Below, in pieces: positions 1 to 9,362 of a stretch of 44,050 nucleotides of DNA. The stretch comes from a virus. Each line of letters starts with the position of its first letter. Positions within the stretch are counted from its first letter, which is position 1. The notes beneath the pieces are model-generated. The model was given only the letters and a program-made list of their open reading frames with translations. It was not told where the DNA came from and did not search any database. The DNA lies in IMG/VR virus record IMGVR_UViG_3300009285_000021, positions 1-44,050 of that record. One strand, 5' to 3'. Both the position numbers and the translations under genes were made by a program.

Positions 1-77
1 GCTACTGCTGAAAATATGGCTGTGTTAATCGGTGATAGGGTATTTCTCGGAAGTATTCCTGCTATTGTTCTTGAGCC
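1..77. repeat. Terminal overlap. Bases 1-77 are identical to 43974-44050, indicating circular contig closure and a unit genome of 43,973 bp.
   Basis: Direct comparison of the window start (gctactgctgaaaatatggctgtg...ttcttgagcc) with the window end gives an exact 77-nt match. Confidence 0.95.
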
Positions 78-375
78 GTATGACAAGGAAATACAACAGG
101 GAATAACTTACGGAAAGAAGGATTATACTTTCAGAGTGAATATCTGGATTTATCATTCTACAAATGAAGAAGAACAATCTGTAAAATCTTTATCGGAAAC
201 ATCAGAGAGGGTTGAAGAACTTTTAATAGACAACGTAATGAATCCAACACAAGACGGGTCGAAATGGTATCAGTCGGAAATAGAAAAGGTAGAATACGGT
301 ATGGTTGCAAAAGCCAACGAAACGCTACGGACATGTAAACTTACATGCCAATTTAAAAAAAGATTAGTTAAATAA
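1..375 (+). CDS. 3' end of the junction-spanning ORF that starts at 42342. It encodes a C-terminal tail-completion / head-tail joining (DUF3168-like) domain.
   Basis: Position 1 is in frame with the ORF that is open from 42342 to 44050 (44049 corresponds to position 76, the same frame as the ATG at 16). There is no SD before the ATG at 16. The motif pattern LLxxLRxLL...A..G.RVF.G.IP...(hydrophobic)W.. resembles neck/tail-completion proteins, and the gene lies immediately upstream of the major tail gene. Confidence 0.6.
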   Translation, partial: ATAENMAVLIGDRVFLGSIPAIVLEPYDKEIQQGITYGKKDYTFRVNIWIYHSTNEEEQSVKSLSETSERVEELLIDNVMNPTQDGSKWYQSEIEKVEYGMVAKANETLRTCKLTCQFKKRLVK

Positions 376-388
376 ACAGGAGGACATT

Positions 389-1357
389 ATGAGTAATTAC
401 AGTCTAACAAAACTTAAGGGAATTGCAATCGGGCGTGAAACTTCGTACGGTGCAGGTGGTACGGTTTCGGAGTGGATCGGAGCGTCAGAGGAAAGTTTGC
501 AGTTAAGTATTCCTAACGAGAACGTCAACCAGATTGCACAAAGAAGGGAAGTAAAAAAGACTTACCAGAAGGCACGGTCGGTTGAAGGTGGGGTAAACTT
601 TGACGTTGATATAAACAACGGGCTTGGAGTTATCCTGCGGTCGTTCTTTGGTACAGTATCAGACGTTGCCGCTTCTGGAACTTTGGCGTATAAACATACT
701 TACGAATTCCGGCAGGGTGCAGAGGTTGATTCAGTCTGGATTTCTTCAAACAAACTCCCTGGCACAAACGTGGCAAAGAATTACGTTGGACTTGTACCGT
801 CAACAATCGGATTTGATTTTCCGGAAGATGATACGATTAAGGCAAATGTATCTTTCATCGGTCAGAATGAAGCAACTGGAACGGTGATGAACGGAACTTA
901 TGGAACTTTCCAGCCGTTTACTTCAATGGGGAATTTACAGGTATTGATTGACGGTGTTGTCAATGCGGATATTACTAACCTTAGCATTGAGCCGAACAAT
1001 AACGCAAAAAAGATAATGGGCGTGGGAACAAATAACACAATCAGTAAAATTGTATACGGCGAGGTTGCCTGTGAGGGTTCGTTTGATATAGTGTTTGCGG
1101 ATGAAACTGAAAGGAATAAGTTTATAAACAAGACGGCTTCTACTTTACAGGTCAAGTTGACAGGTGCTACTTTGGCGGGAACGGCGAGGGCAGAGTTAAA
1201 CTTTAAAATGCCTGCGGTGGAATACGTTGAAGCTCCGTTTGAAGATAAAGACGGCGTGATCGGTGCGACAATCGGATTCAAGGCAATCTACGGTGCAAAT
1301 GCGGTTGGTACTGGTGCATTGCTTGTGGAATTACAAAATAATAAATCGGCGTACTAA
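389..1357 (+). CDS. Major tail (tube) protein
   Basis: 322-aa ORF with an AGGAGG RBS. It sits between the neck gene and the chaperone/tape-measure genes. The call is by synteny only. Confidence 0.6.
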   Translation: MSNYSLTKLKGIAIGRETSYGAGGTVSEWIGASEESLQLSIPNENVNQIAQRREVKKTYQKARSVEGGVNFDVDINNGLGVILRSFFGTVSDVAASGTLAYKHTYEFRQGAEVDSVWISSNKLPGTNVAKNYVGLVPSTIGFDFPEDDTIKANVSFIGQNEATGTVMNGTYGTFQPFTSMGNLQVLIDGVVNADITNLSIEPNNNAKKIMGVGTNNTISKIVYGEVACEGSFDIVFADETERNKFINKTASTLQVKLTGATLAGTARAELNFKMPAVEYVEAPFEDKDGVIGATIGFKAIYGANAVGTGALLVELQNNKSAY

Positions 1358-1371
1358 CGGAGGAATACTCA

Positions 1372-1719
1372 ATGATAATAAATGACGAAGCGGTTGAATA
1401 TACGTTGAAGGCGGAGAAGGGAAATCCTAATGCTTCCGTATTTCTGCTAAAAGAAATTACTTGCGGAGTATCTTTCCGTGTACAGAACGAAGCAACGTAT
1501 ATTGATGACAAGGGAAAGTATCGGGTTAAACTTGGCGAAGCACAAAAGATACAGCTAACATCTTGCTTGGTCGGGTGGCGGAATGTTAAGAACAAAAAGG
1601 GTGAGGACTTAGCATTCACTACCGAAAACGTTTTGAAATTACCTGTACAGATACAAAATGAATTGAATAACGAAATAAACTTTATCTCAATGCCGAAGGA
1701 TGATGAAGTAAAAAACTGA
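1372..1719 (+). CDS. Tail assembly chaperone (gpG-like short product)
   Basis: 115-aa ORF directly upstream of the tape measure gene. It ends at a slippery heptamer. Confidence 0.7.
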   Translation: MIINDEAVEYTLKAEKGNPNASVFLLKEITCGVSFRVQNEATYIDDKGKYRVKLGEAQKIQLTSCLVGWRNVKNKKGEDLAFTTENVLKLPVQIQNELNNEINFISMPKDDEVKN

Positions 1720-1973
1720 TAGAGGCGGTCAGGTGTTTATTGACTGGTCGCCACGACAACAAGATTGAGCAGAAGTATTGGAATATAATCAAGATGTTCA
1801 ATCGGTGCGAACAGAATAAATGTTTACCAAAGTTAGGCGGATTAGAAAGTCAAAGTGAAAAGATGATGACTTGGTTCGACACAATAAGGCACGAGTACGA
1901 TAGTTATCGGAAAAAGGAAATGGAAAGGGAAGCAAGGGTAAGAGAAGTTAAAGGTAAGTTAAAAAGGCGGTAG
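1372..1973 (+). CDS. Tail assembly chaperone frameshift fusion (gpGT-like long product)
   Basis: ORF 1740-1973 lies in the -1 frame relative to 1372-1719, and that frame is open back to the slippery site. It ends 2 nt before the tape measure start. This is the conserved G/GT arrangement of long-tailed phages. Confidence 0.6.
1710..1716 (+). promoter_or_regulatory. -1 programmed ribosomal frameshift site A_AAA_AAC
   Basis: The zero frame reads gta aaa aac tga. The heptamer A AAA AAC sits directly at the stop codon. The -1 frame is open from 1716 to 1973. Confidence 0.65.
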
Positions 1974-1975
1974 TT

Positions 1976-3562
1976 ATGGCAACAAGTGAATTGAAAATAA
2001 TAATATCAGCAACAGACAAGGCAAGTCCAAGCGTTAAGAGTTTGGAATCATCTCTTGGCGGACTTGCAAAATCCGTTGTTAGTATTTACGCCTTAAAACA
2101 GGGGTTTGACTTTTTAGCGGATTCAGTTAAGAAGGCGGGAAAAGAAGAAGCAAATTTGCGGACATTACAAACAGTTATCGAAAACAACGGCCAGGCGTGG
2201 AGTGCGGTTGAAAAGAGTTTAACCTCATATATTGCTAAAGCCGAATACAATACAATGTTTACAGATGAACAGATTATACCCGCCTTAACTCAATTAGCTA
2301 CTTTCGGATTTAATGCCTCTCAATCTCAAAATGTTTTAAGCTCTGCAATGGACTTAGCAACTGCAAAGGGTTTAGATTTGCAAACATCAGTCACTTTACT
2401 TGGCAAGGCATATCAGGGAAATACTGAAACTTTGGCAAGGTATGGAATCAAGGCAAAGGACTTTAACGATCTGATGGGTCAGGTCAATTCAAAGTTTGGA
2501 GGTACGGCTCAACAGCAAATGTCTACTTACGAGGGGAATATTCATAGATTAGAAACTTCATTTGATAAACTACAAAAGACAATAGGAACTGCATTGGTGC
2601 CGTCAGTAAATAAATTTGTTTTAGCTATGGACACTTTACTCGGTGGAGGAAAAACACCAGAAGTAACGGGGGCATTAAAAACTCTTACTGAAATAAACGA
2701 AAAACATCAATTATATGTAGATATTCTTAAAGGTGAAAAAGTATTAAACAGGGAAATTATAGACGGTGAAAGTGTAAGAATAAACGGAGTAAAAGTTTTA
2801 ATCAAGGACATAAATGATAAGGCGTTTTTGCAAAAGGAAATAATACGACTTACTGATGAAGAAAAAAAAGCTGTTATTGCATTAGGGTTAGAGCAAAAGA
2901 AACAAGGAGATGAATCAAAATTATCAAAGCAACAAGAAGTTGAAGCAAATGATGACTATACTACGAGTTTATTAGACAGTGAAATATGGCTTAATTCTCA
3001 AATAGAACAGGCAGGGAAAACATTAAGGGCAAATGAACTAGAAGCGGAGAAAGTTAAAAATAACGAACTATTGCAATTAGCAGGTGCTTCATCTCAAGCC
3101 ATAACAGCTTTAGGCGTAGCAACAAACTCGGCAACGTTAAAGGGGATGGGTATTGTTATTTCAGGTGTGCAGAACGCAATCACGGCGGTTAATGCAATGA
3201 TGACTGCTTCGGGCCCTGTAGGTTTTATTCTTGGTTTACTAGGTTTTGTAACAAGTGCGGCGAATACTGTATCATCTCTTAATCAGTTAGCAGAATTAGA
3301 AAATCAAAATGCGGCGTTATTGGAAACTGGAAATACTGGTATTACGACAATAAGCAATCCTGAAACTCCCAGAACAACTACAAGTAGTAGCGGTGTATCA
3401 TCCGTAGAGAGAGCGTCAGCACCAACGTACTATACTTTCAATTCTACCTATAATATAAATGCAGGTGTAATGTTAGGGGATGAGTTTACAATATCCGAAA
3501 CATTTAAGAAGCTTATGGCGAATTTTGACCAGCAACAGAAACTAACAATGTCAGGAGCGTAA
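1976..3562 (+). CDS. Tail tape measure protein
   Basis: 528 aa, helical and Ala/Gln/Leu-rich, with a TP901-type core motif (TMFTDEQIIPALTQLATFGF...AMDLATAKGLDL). There is a hydrophobic Gly-rich segment near the C-terminus. The position after the chaperone pair fits. Confidence 0.85.
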   Translation: MATSELKIIISATDKASPSVKSLESSLGGLAKSVVSIYALKQGFDFLADSVKKAGKEEANLRTLQTVIENNGQAWSAVEKSLTSYIAKAEYNTMFTDEQIIPALTQLATFGFNASQSQNVLSSAMDLATAKGLDLQTSVTLLGKAYQGNTETLARYGIKAKDFNDLMGQVNSKFGGTAQQQMSTYEGNIHRLETSFDKLQKTIGTALVPSVNKFVLAMDTLLGGGKTPEVTGALKTLTEINEKHQLYVDILKGEKVLNREIIDGESVRINGVKVLIKDINDKAFLQKEIIRLTDEEKKAVIALGLEQKKQGDESKLSKQQEVEANDDYTTSLLDSEIWLNSQIEQAGKTLRANELEAEKVKNNELLQLAGASSQAITALGVATNSATLKGMGIVISGVQNAITAVNAMMTASGPVGFILGLLGFVTSAANTVSSLNQLAELENQNAALLETGNTGITTISNPETPRTTTSSSGVSSVERASAPTYYTFNSTYNINAGVMLGDEFTISETFKKLMANFDQQQKLTMSGA

Positions 3563-3563
3563 A

Positions 3564-3944
3564 ATGAATATGCAAATGGTATACACAAACAATGGTACGG
3601 TCGGCACATATTCCTTTGCGGAAAACCCGTCATTTTACTCACATGATGAAATCAATCTCGGTGATGAAAGCGGAGAGCGGAAACTCAACGCAAGTTTGTT
3701 GGCGTATAATCAGGGCATATACCATATATTTTCTATGACGTTTGACAATATCGGGACTGCACAATTTTCAACGTTTGGAACGATATTCAGGACAAGGGCA
3801 AACATTTCATTTTTTCCAATGGACGAAACAAGAGGGACTGCGGAGAGTTTTACTGTACGTTGGATGTCCCCTTACAAGCCGAAATTAACTAGCAACTTCT
3901 GGAATTCTGGTTACAGTTTTGATGTTTCCTTAGAGAGCGTGTAA
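3564..3944 (+). CDS. Distal tail protein candidate
   Basis: 126-aa ORF immediately after the tape measure gene. The call is by position only. Confidence 0.4.
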   Translation: MNMQMVYTNNGTVGTYSFAENPSFYSHDEINLGDESGERKLNASLLAYNQGIYHIFSMTFDNIGTAQFSTFGTIFRTRANISFFPMDETRGTAESFTVRWMSPYKPKLTSNFWNSGYSFDVSLESV

Positions 3945-3945
3945 A

Positions 3946-6900
3946 ATGGAAAACTTATTTTCAACGAGAGATACATATTCAGCGAACTTCGGAACGGAGT
4001 TAGCGAAGTCAGACGGTGGGTCAACGCCTGATTTTAAAGTATTTGTTGAGCCGAAGTCGTTTAGTGTTGATAGCTTGGTTGACTGGAACGTAGGAACATT
4101 TAACAATGTAGTAGCAGGAACAAACGGAACATTTGGAACTAACGGGAATATACAATTAGGTATTGGCACAATGTACGGCACATACACGAGTAAAATCTAC
4201 GATAGCGGATTTCATAGTAATTTTAAGCAGTTGAATATGACGGAGTTAAAGACAAATCCGAGTTGGACAAAAGAAACAAATATGGGAGTATTGCCAAGTG
4301 CTGATGGGTGGACATATAATGGCTCTGCACCCGAAGCGACATACGCCAGCGTAGCGGGTGGAATTTTAATAACGGATAGCAATACTATTGGTGGATTAAG
4401 TCAATCATCTTACTATATTGCACCAGCATTTAATAATGCAACGGGATGGACTGTTGAAGCGAAAATAAAAGTAATTTCTTATTCTGGCACACAATTTCAA
4501 CAACAATTAAGAATATCTATAAGGGATGGTGTTTGGTTGGAAAATCTTTTAATTTCTAATTTAGGAATAAAATTAAGTGTTTCTGGTGAAACTTATGCCT
4601 TTGATACAACAGACGCTTTTCATGTTTACAGAATAACAGGAATTGGAACTGTTGTAAAAGTTTATGTAGATGGAATTTTGCGATTGACTGGAACTTTAAG
4701 TTTTGCGTTGGCTTCTGATTATATGGATTTTGGGGATATATCTGCAATAAATGGCGAAAACTCCAAAGCAGAATGGAACTACATTAAATATTCAACCGCA
4801 GGTGCTTATGCTCCTGCTTTTGATAATGACAGTACTTACCCTTTTGAACCCACACAATACCAATTCCGTACAGGCACAGACGTAAGCAGTTGTGATGTGG
4901 CAACATGGAAAGCGGTTGTATCGGGAACAAGACCTGCAATAGATGACGGCGAGTTTTATCAATTCCGCATTGCATTGACAGGGGACGGCACAACATCACC
5001 CGTGGTTGACAAGGTTCAGGGAACGACACAATATAGTTTAGGTGAGCGGTTAATATCAGCACCGGAAGTCAGTCGTAGTTTAGAGAGATTATTTCAGGAA
5101 ACTCAAATCAGCTCAATCGGCATAAACCTTGACAATGCTGATGACTTCTTTAATCCTTTAGGTACAGGGTTGTATGCGGTATCTTCCGTGTATAACAAAA
5201 CAATAGAAATCTGGAAGGGTTTTAAATACGCATGGAACGGATCAACTTGGGGTACAGCCGAGTACATTCCTGCATTTACTGGCTACGTTGACAATATACA
5301 GATAGACGGTAACGGTCGGGCAGTGTTGAACGCAAGGGACAAGGGAAAGTTATTTCATATCCGAACTAGCGAAAAAGTAACAACAACTGGAACTGCGGGC
5401 GGGGCGTATTGGACAAATATTGAAATAGGATTAGCTGTTAGAAAAACGGTTGAACAAGGTGCTGGATTAGGAACTGCTGATTATTATATACAAAGTGGAA
5501 TAGTTAAAGACCATACTTTTGCACATCATTTAGATATAGATTATAGTTATGTGAATACAGGGACGACTGCTTCTATGGTAGTAAAAGACCAAAAGATTTA
5601 TTTTAGTATTGGTACGAATCTTTATGAATGGGATGATTATATTTCTGATAGTCCAAAACTAATATATCAGTTTAATTTACCGGCTCATTCCGCTTGTTCA
5701 GATGGGACATATTTGTATTATATGAAATCAAACGGAAAGAATCCTTGTTACCTTTCCCGATTTGATGGGACAACTGAAACGTTATTAGATACTTTTGGAG
5801 CAAACAGTGCAGGAACGGCGGCATTAAGAACTAATGTTGTCTTTGCGGGAACTGGAATTTATTATGCAATACAACAATTCGGGACTACATCAGGTACGGC
5901 TCATGGCATATTTTCTTATAATTCAATAACGCAAACTCACGAATGGATGTTTCATGTTAATAACGGAATTTATACTGGTGGAAGAGTTGTTGGTTCCGAT
6001 GGAAGATATTTACATGGTTTTGGAATAGGAACAAGCACATATAGACATGTTGTTTATGATACAACTATCGGAACGATAATAGGAACTTATCTTGAAACTG
6101 GAGTTGCTATAAATGAAACTGGGGCTGTATCTGGTGGGTGTAGCGTATCGGGAACAAATATTTATTCCTTTGCACCCGTTTTAAGAGATGTTGAATTTGA
6201 AAAAACAATAGAATTAAGAACATCTGCTGATTATGGGGGAACGGCGATAACTGTTTTTGAAAATGGTACGGTATCTGGCACGATAGATACAACTGGAACT
6301 TCATTTTCAAATACTATTCATGCTATATATGTCCCGCCTAACAATGTTTTAAATTTCAGATCGTCCCGATATTATGCAATACTTGGAACTTCTCAATATT
6401 CTATTGTAACTTATTCAGACGAATATCAAGGACATATTGGAACTTTTGAAACAGGTAATGCCGATTATGTCGCTGATGTTTTGCAAAATCTTGCAAAAGA
6501 TACAAATTATGTTCAGTTTATAGATGAAGCCGGTAAATTTAATTTCGTAAATCGAGATAGTGGAACTGTAATAAGACACTCATTTGATGCTGATGATATT
6601 ATAACTGTGGGATGTGTCAAGGGCGATAATGTTTCTTCTGCTGAAATAATAAATCACATAGTTTGGGGAACAGCAACAGGTACTGTGTCTTATGACGACC
6701 TTCCGTCACAAGGTACTTACGGCGTACAGTCGTTTCAATATCAAAGTAAATATGTATCAAATGGTACGTTAGCAAACGATATTATTTATGGAATGATAAG
6801 AGCCTTTGCTTATCCTAAAGCGGTTATATCGGCAAAGTTGAGATATTATCCTGTTGTTAAGCTTTTCGATGTATGCGGTTTGGATTACTCAAGATTAAAT

Positions 6901-6981
6901 TTATCTGGAACGAAACCGTGGCAGGTAATAGCCATTTCCGAATCATCTACTTCTACCACTTTGACGGTAAAAGAGGTATAA
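3946..6981 (+). CDS. Large tail-tip / baseplate protein with a LamG (concanavalin-like lectin) insert and a beta-propeller-like C-terminal half
   Basis: 1011 aa. The segment GWTVEAKIKVIS...FHVYRITGIGTVVKVYVDGILRLTG is typical of LamG/Laminin_G_3 domains. Repeated Y/G-rich blades occur at about residues 560-760. The position matches a Tal/RBP slot. Confidence 0.6.
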   Translation: MENLFSTRDTYSANFGTELAKSDGGSTPDFKVFVEPKSFSVDSLVDWNVGTFNNVVAGTNGTFGTNGNIQLGIGTMYGTYTSKIYDSGFHSNFKQLNMTELKTNPSWTKETNMGVLPSADGWTYNGSAPEATYASVAGGILITDSNTIGGLSQSSYYIAPAFNNATGWTVEAKIKVISYSGTQFQQQLRISIRDGVWLENLLISNLGIKLSVSGETYAFDTTDAFHVYRITGIGTVVKVYVDGILRLTGTLSFALASDYMDFGDISAINGENSKAEWNYIKYSTAGAYAPAFDNDSTYPFEPTQYQFRTGTDVSSCDVATWKAVVSGTRPAIDDGEFYQFRIALTGDGTTSPVVDKVQGTTQYSLGERLISAPEVSRSLERLFQETQISSIGINLDNADDFFNPLGTGLYAVSSVYNKTIEIWKGFKYAWNGSTWGTAEYIPAFTGYVDNIQIDGNGRAVLNARDKGKLFHIRTSEKVTTTGTAGGAYWTNIEIGLAVRKTVEQGAGLGTADYYIQSGIVKDHTFAHHLDIDYSYVNTGTTASMVVKDQKIYFSIGTNLYEWDDYISDSPKLIYQFNLPAHSACSDGTYLYYMKSNGKNPCYLSRFDGTTETLLDTFGANSAGTAALRTNVVFAGTGIYYAIQQFGTTSGTAHGIFSYNSITQTHEWMFHVNNGIYTGGRVVGSDGRYLHGFGIGTSTYRHVVYDTTIGTIIGTYLETGVAINETGAVSGGCSVSGTNIYSFAPVLRDVEFEKTIELRTSADYGGTAITVFENGTVSGTIDTTGTSFSNTIHAIYVPPNNVLNFRSSRYYAILGTSQYSIVTYSDEYQGHIGTFETGNADYVADVLQNLAKDTNYVQFIDEAGKFNFVNRDSGTVIRHSFDADDIITVGCVKGDNVSSAEIINHIVWGTATGTVSYDDLPSQGTYGVQSFQYQSKYVSNGTLANDIIYGMIRAFAYPKAVISAKLRYYPVVKLFDVCGLDYSRLNLSGTKPWQVIAISESSTSTTLTVKEV

Positions 6982-7013
6982 TGTATTATGAGAACATATA
7001 GAGGATATTAAAA

Positions 7014-7511
7014 ATGATAAAAACAAATCAAAAAGGATCTAATAATTACAATTGGAAGGGTGGGAAAGTAAGTAGGACATGCTTAACGTGTGGAAGTGTA
7101 TTTTATATTTATAAGTCAAGTCTTAATAAAATAAAAAAGGGAGTAAAGGGGAAATATTGTTCTCGTAAATGTTATGGAACTGCTTTATCTAAAAGACAAA
7201 CAGGGGATAAGCATTGGAATTGGAGAGGTGGACTTAGCAAAAATTACACTACAACTTTTGAGTGGAAACAAATAAGATTAAGTATAATAAAAAGAGATAA
7301 TAATAAATGTCGTATTTGCGAAAGTGAAGAAAGATTACAAGTCCATCATATAGTACCATATCGTATAACTCAAGATAACTCTGAGGGAAATTTAATAACA
7401 CTTTGTTTGTCCTGTCACAACAAAGAAGAATGGAGTTATTATAAGAGCAAAAAAGGGCAAATGACCTTTAGTTTTATTAAAGATTGGAGAAGGTTAAATG
7501 CAAAAATATAG
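7014..7511 (+). CDS. HNH homing endonuclease
   Basis: It carries NWKGG/NWRGG repeats and Zn-ribbon CxxC pairs. The HNH core reads CRIC...VHHIVPY...NLITLCLSCHNKEE. Confidence 0.85.
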   Translation: MIKTNQKGSNNYNWKGGKVSRTCLTCGSVFYIYKSSLNKIKKGVKGKYCSRKCYGTALSKRQTGDKHWNWRGGLSKNYTTTFEWKQIRLSIIKRDNNKCRICESEERLQVHHIVPYRITQDNSEGNLITLCLSCHNKEEWSYYKSKKGQMTFSFIKDWRRLNAKI

Positions 7512-7773
7512 GGGGATAGAAATAGAATCTATGACAATACAGCAGAAGCAAAGTATATCGAAGCTTGTAACGAATTTAATTGTTATCAGTATAGTAAGCA
7601 TTATTATCTGGCTTACGGGGTTGGCAATAAATAAAGGTGATACGGCAATAGCCAAAGCCAACGAGATTGAAAAGGTGCAAGTGGCTCAATCGGAATGTAA
7701 CAAATACATTGTTGAAACAATGAAAGAGATTAAAGATGACGTTAAAGAAATCAAAAGGGAAATGAAAAAATGA
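7498..7773 (+). CDS. Single-pass membrane protein (holin/antiholin candidate)
   Basis: 91 aa with one hydrophobic helix (LVTNLIVISIVSIIIWLTGLAI) and a charged coiled C-terminus. It lies at the head of the lysis cassette. Confidence 0.45.
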   Translation: MQKYRGIEIESMTIQQKQSISKLVTNLIVISIVSIIIWLTGLAINKGDTAIAKANEIEKVQVAQSECNKYIVETMKEIKDDVKEIKREMKK

Positions 7774-7970
7774 AAAAATTCTTTAATTCAAAGACAAACA
7801 ACGCCTGCTTCATTGTTTTCTGTGCTTCGTTCCCTATGGCGTATTTACTCAAGGGAACTTTTGCAGAATGGGTTAGTTTAATGATTACCTTACTGGGTGT
7901 TATCGGAGTAAAGAACTCGGTACAAAGTTATGTTGATACAAAAAAGAAACCGCCAGAGGTTAATATATGA
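7770..7970 (+). CDS. Two-TM holin candidate
   Basis: 66 aa with two hydrophobic segments and a basic C-terminus (KKKPPEVNI). The start overlaps the previous stop (ATGA). Confidence 0.5.
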   Translation: MKKFFNSKTNNACFIVFCASFPMAYLLKGTFAEWVSLMITLLGVIGVKNSVQSYVDTKKKPPEVNI

Positions 7971-8137
7971 AACAAAAGATGTGCAGTAATTGCGAAACAA
8001 GCGGATGTACTGTATCGGTGTATGTAGGTGAGCTAGTATGTTGTCCGAGAAAGACAACTTTTCGGGAACAGCGAAAACAAGAAAAATCGCTTGAAACGCC
8101 TGATATAGTAAAGTCGTTTAGAGGGCAAAAACAGTGA
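7967..8137 (+). CDS. Small Cys-rich protein (56 aa), too short to be listed in the ORF track
   Basis: Read by hand. The ATG overlaps the TGA of the previous gene, and the sequence is MKQKMCSNCETSGCTVSVYVGELVCCPRK... ending at the TGA at 8135-8137. Confidence 0.4.
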   Translation: MKQKMCSNCETSGCTVSVYVGELVCCPRKTTFREQRKQEKSLETPDIVKSFRGQKQ

Positions 8138-8193
8138 AACACGAAACCGCTCTAGGATTGATTTAAACGAGGGCTAGGGCAAAAGAGGTATAT

Positions 8194-8574
8194 ATGGCTA
8201 AAGAGGACGTAAATAGAGAGTTAACGGGGTTAAAACCAGAATTACAGGAATTGGTTAAAAAGATATATTCTAATATTATAGTTTACAATCGTTTACCTAT
8301 GGACATGTTCGAGGGAATTAGAAGCCAGGAACGTCAACAGTGGTTGTATGATAATAAATATTCGCAAACATTAAACTCAAATCATAAAGACGGGTCAGCC
8401 GTTGACTTTGTTTATTGCTTAGACAACAAATGGAGTTGGGACCCGTCAGTAATACATTACTTTGACTTTTTAGGCGAAAGAGTGTTAGAATTATATGGCG
8501 ATAAAATTGAGTGGGGTGGAAAATGTTTTGGTAGCTTTATCGACAAACCACATTTTCAATTGAAGAGGAAATAA
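8194..8574 (+). CDS. Endolysin, peptidase M15 (VanY / L-alanyl-D-glutamate peptidase-like), with no cell-wall-binding domain
   Basis: The SxHxxGxAxD motif is present (SNHKDGSAVD), and the C-terminal motif is DKPHFQ. The protein is 126 aa and the gene has an AAGAGG RBS. Confidence 0.75.
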   Translation: MAKEDVNRELTGLKPELQELVKKIYSNIIVYNRLPMDMFEGIRSQERQQWLYDNKYSQTLNSNHKDGSAVDFVYCLDNKWSWDPSVIHYFDFLGERVLELYGDKIEWGGKCFGSFIDKPHFQLKRK

Positions 8575-8672
8575 TGGAAACTTTAGAGATAATTTGGAAA
8601 ACAATTATAATATTTTTCGGTGCATTGATAGTCAGTATAGCTGACTGGTTTACACAGAACAGGAGAAAATAA
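8574..8672 (+). CDS. 32-aa single-TM peptide, too short to be listed in the ORF track
   Basis: Read by hand. It starts at a TAATG overlap and reads METLEIIWKTIIIFFGALIVSIADWFTQNRRK. Confidence 0.35.
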   Translation: METLEIIWKTIIIFFGALIVSIADWFTQNRRK

Positions 8673-8687
8673 CAATGGAGAAAAACA

Positions 8688-9362
8688 ATGAAAAAAATAT
8701 TAAGTATACTTTTAGTGACCTTCCTATGCTTGTTAAGTTTAGGGATGACAAAACAATATCAACCAGTAGACCTTGTGGAGTTGTGGAAGTCGGCAGTTAT
8801 GGAAAATCGGCAGTTGAAACAACAAAACTCGGATTTACGTCTACAGATAGCGGAATACCGGTTAGCAGATAAAAACGATAAGATTGCTTTATTCCCTATG
8901 AAATATTATAGAGAGCAGGGATATTTTAAAGCGGACAATCATTATGCAAGAGATCCTGAACACTTTAGAAAGGTTTGGAGTTATTGTCAGAAGTATCAAT
9001 ACTTATTAGGTCCGGAAGTAAGAGAAATATGCAAGAAACAAGATATAGACCCTGTTAAGTTTGCGTTCACGTGGAGCCACAAAGAATCTCACTACTCACC
9101 CTTAGTTGTCAATGTAAACAAAAACGGTACTAGGGACTGGGGAATGAATCAGATAAATGATTGCGTTTGGGATATTCTTTATGTTCAACTACCAGAGAAT
9201 CTAAAGAAGATTAAAAATCCTAAAACAGATACCGAAATTAGTGTTTGCATGTTGTACCTTTGGATGTCAGATAGAACAAAAAATAAAATGTCTTGGTGCT
9301 TTTTAAATGATGAGAGTTGGACGATTTACTGGTTTATCGGGGAGATTGAGAGAAATGGGTAA
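8688..9362 (+). CDS. Secreted or membrane-anchored lytic transglycosylase (SLT domain)
   Basis: The N-terminus is a hydrophobic signal (MKKILSILLVTFLCLLSLG). The SLT-type motifs ES(H)YSP...NGTRDWGMNQIN are present. Confidence 0.7.
   Translation: MKKILSILLVTFLCLLSLGMTKQYQPVDLVELWKSAVMENRQLKQQNSDLRLQIAEYRLADKNDKIALFPMKYYREQGYFKADNHYARDPEHFRKVWSYCQKYQYLLGPEVREICKKQDIDPVKFAFTWSHKESHYSPLVVNVNKNGTRDWGMNQINDCVWDILYVQLPENLKKIKNPKTDTEISVCMLYLWMSDRTKNKMSWCFLNDESWTIYWFIGEIERNG

Noticed and set aside
624-887. Same-strand alternative-frame ORFs nested inside long genes (for example 624-887, 24079-24264, 25018-25209, 31972-32238, 33231-33434, 37066-37254)
   Set aside because: They are fully embedded in genes with recognisable domains, lack RBSs and have arbitrary composition. 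There is no slippery site or other signal suggesting recoding.
898-1619. Minus-strand ORFs here and throughout the window (for example 898-1281, 1278-1619, 9572-9922, 12085-12429, 29375-29818, 30602-31194, 37370-37723)
   Set aside because: All of them lie antisense to long + strand genes with recognisable products. They have low-complexity Ser/Leu/Phe-rich translations and lack RBSs. They are typical shadow ORFs of purine-rich coding strands.
8675-8872. 65-aa ORF overlapping the start of the SLT gene in another frame
   Set aside because: The 8688 frame gives a signal peptide followed by clear SLT motifs over 224 aa. The 8675 frame has no features and would be entirely overlapped.
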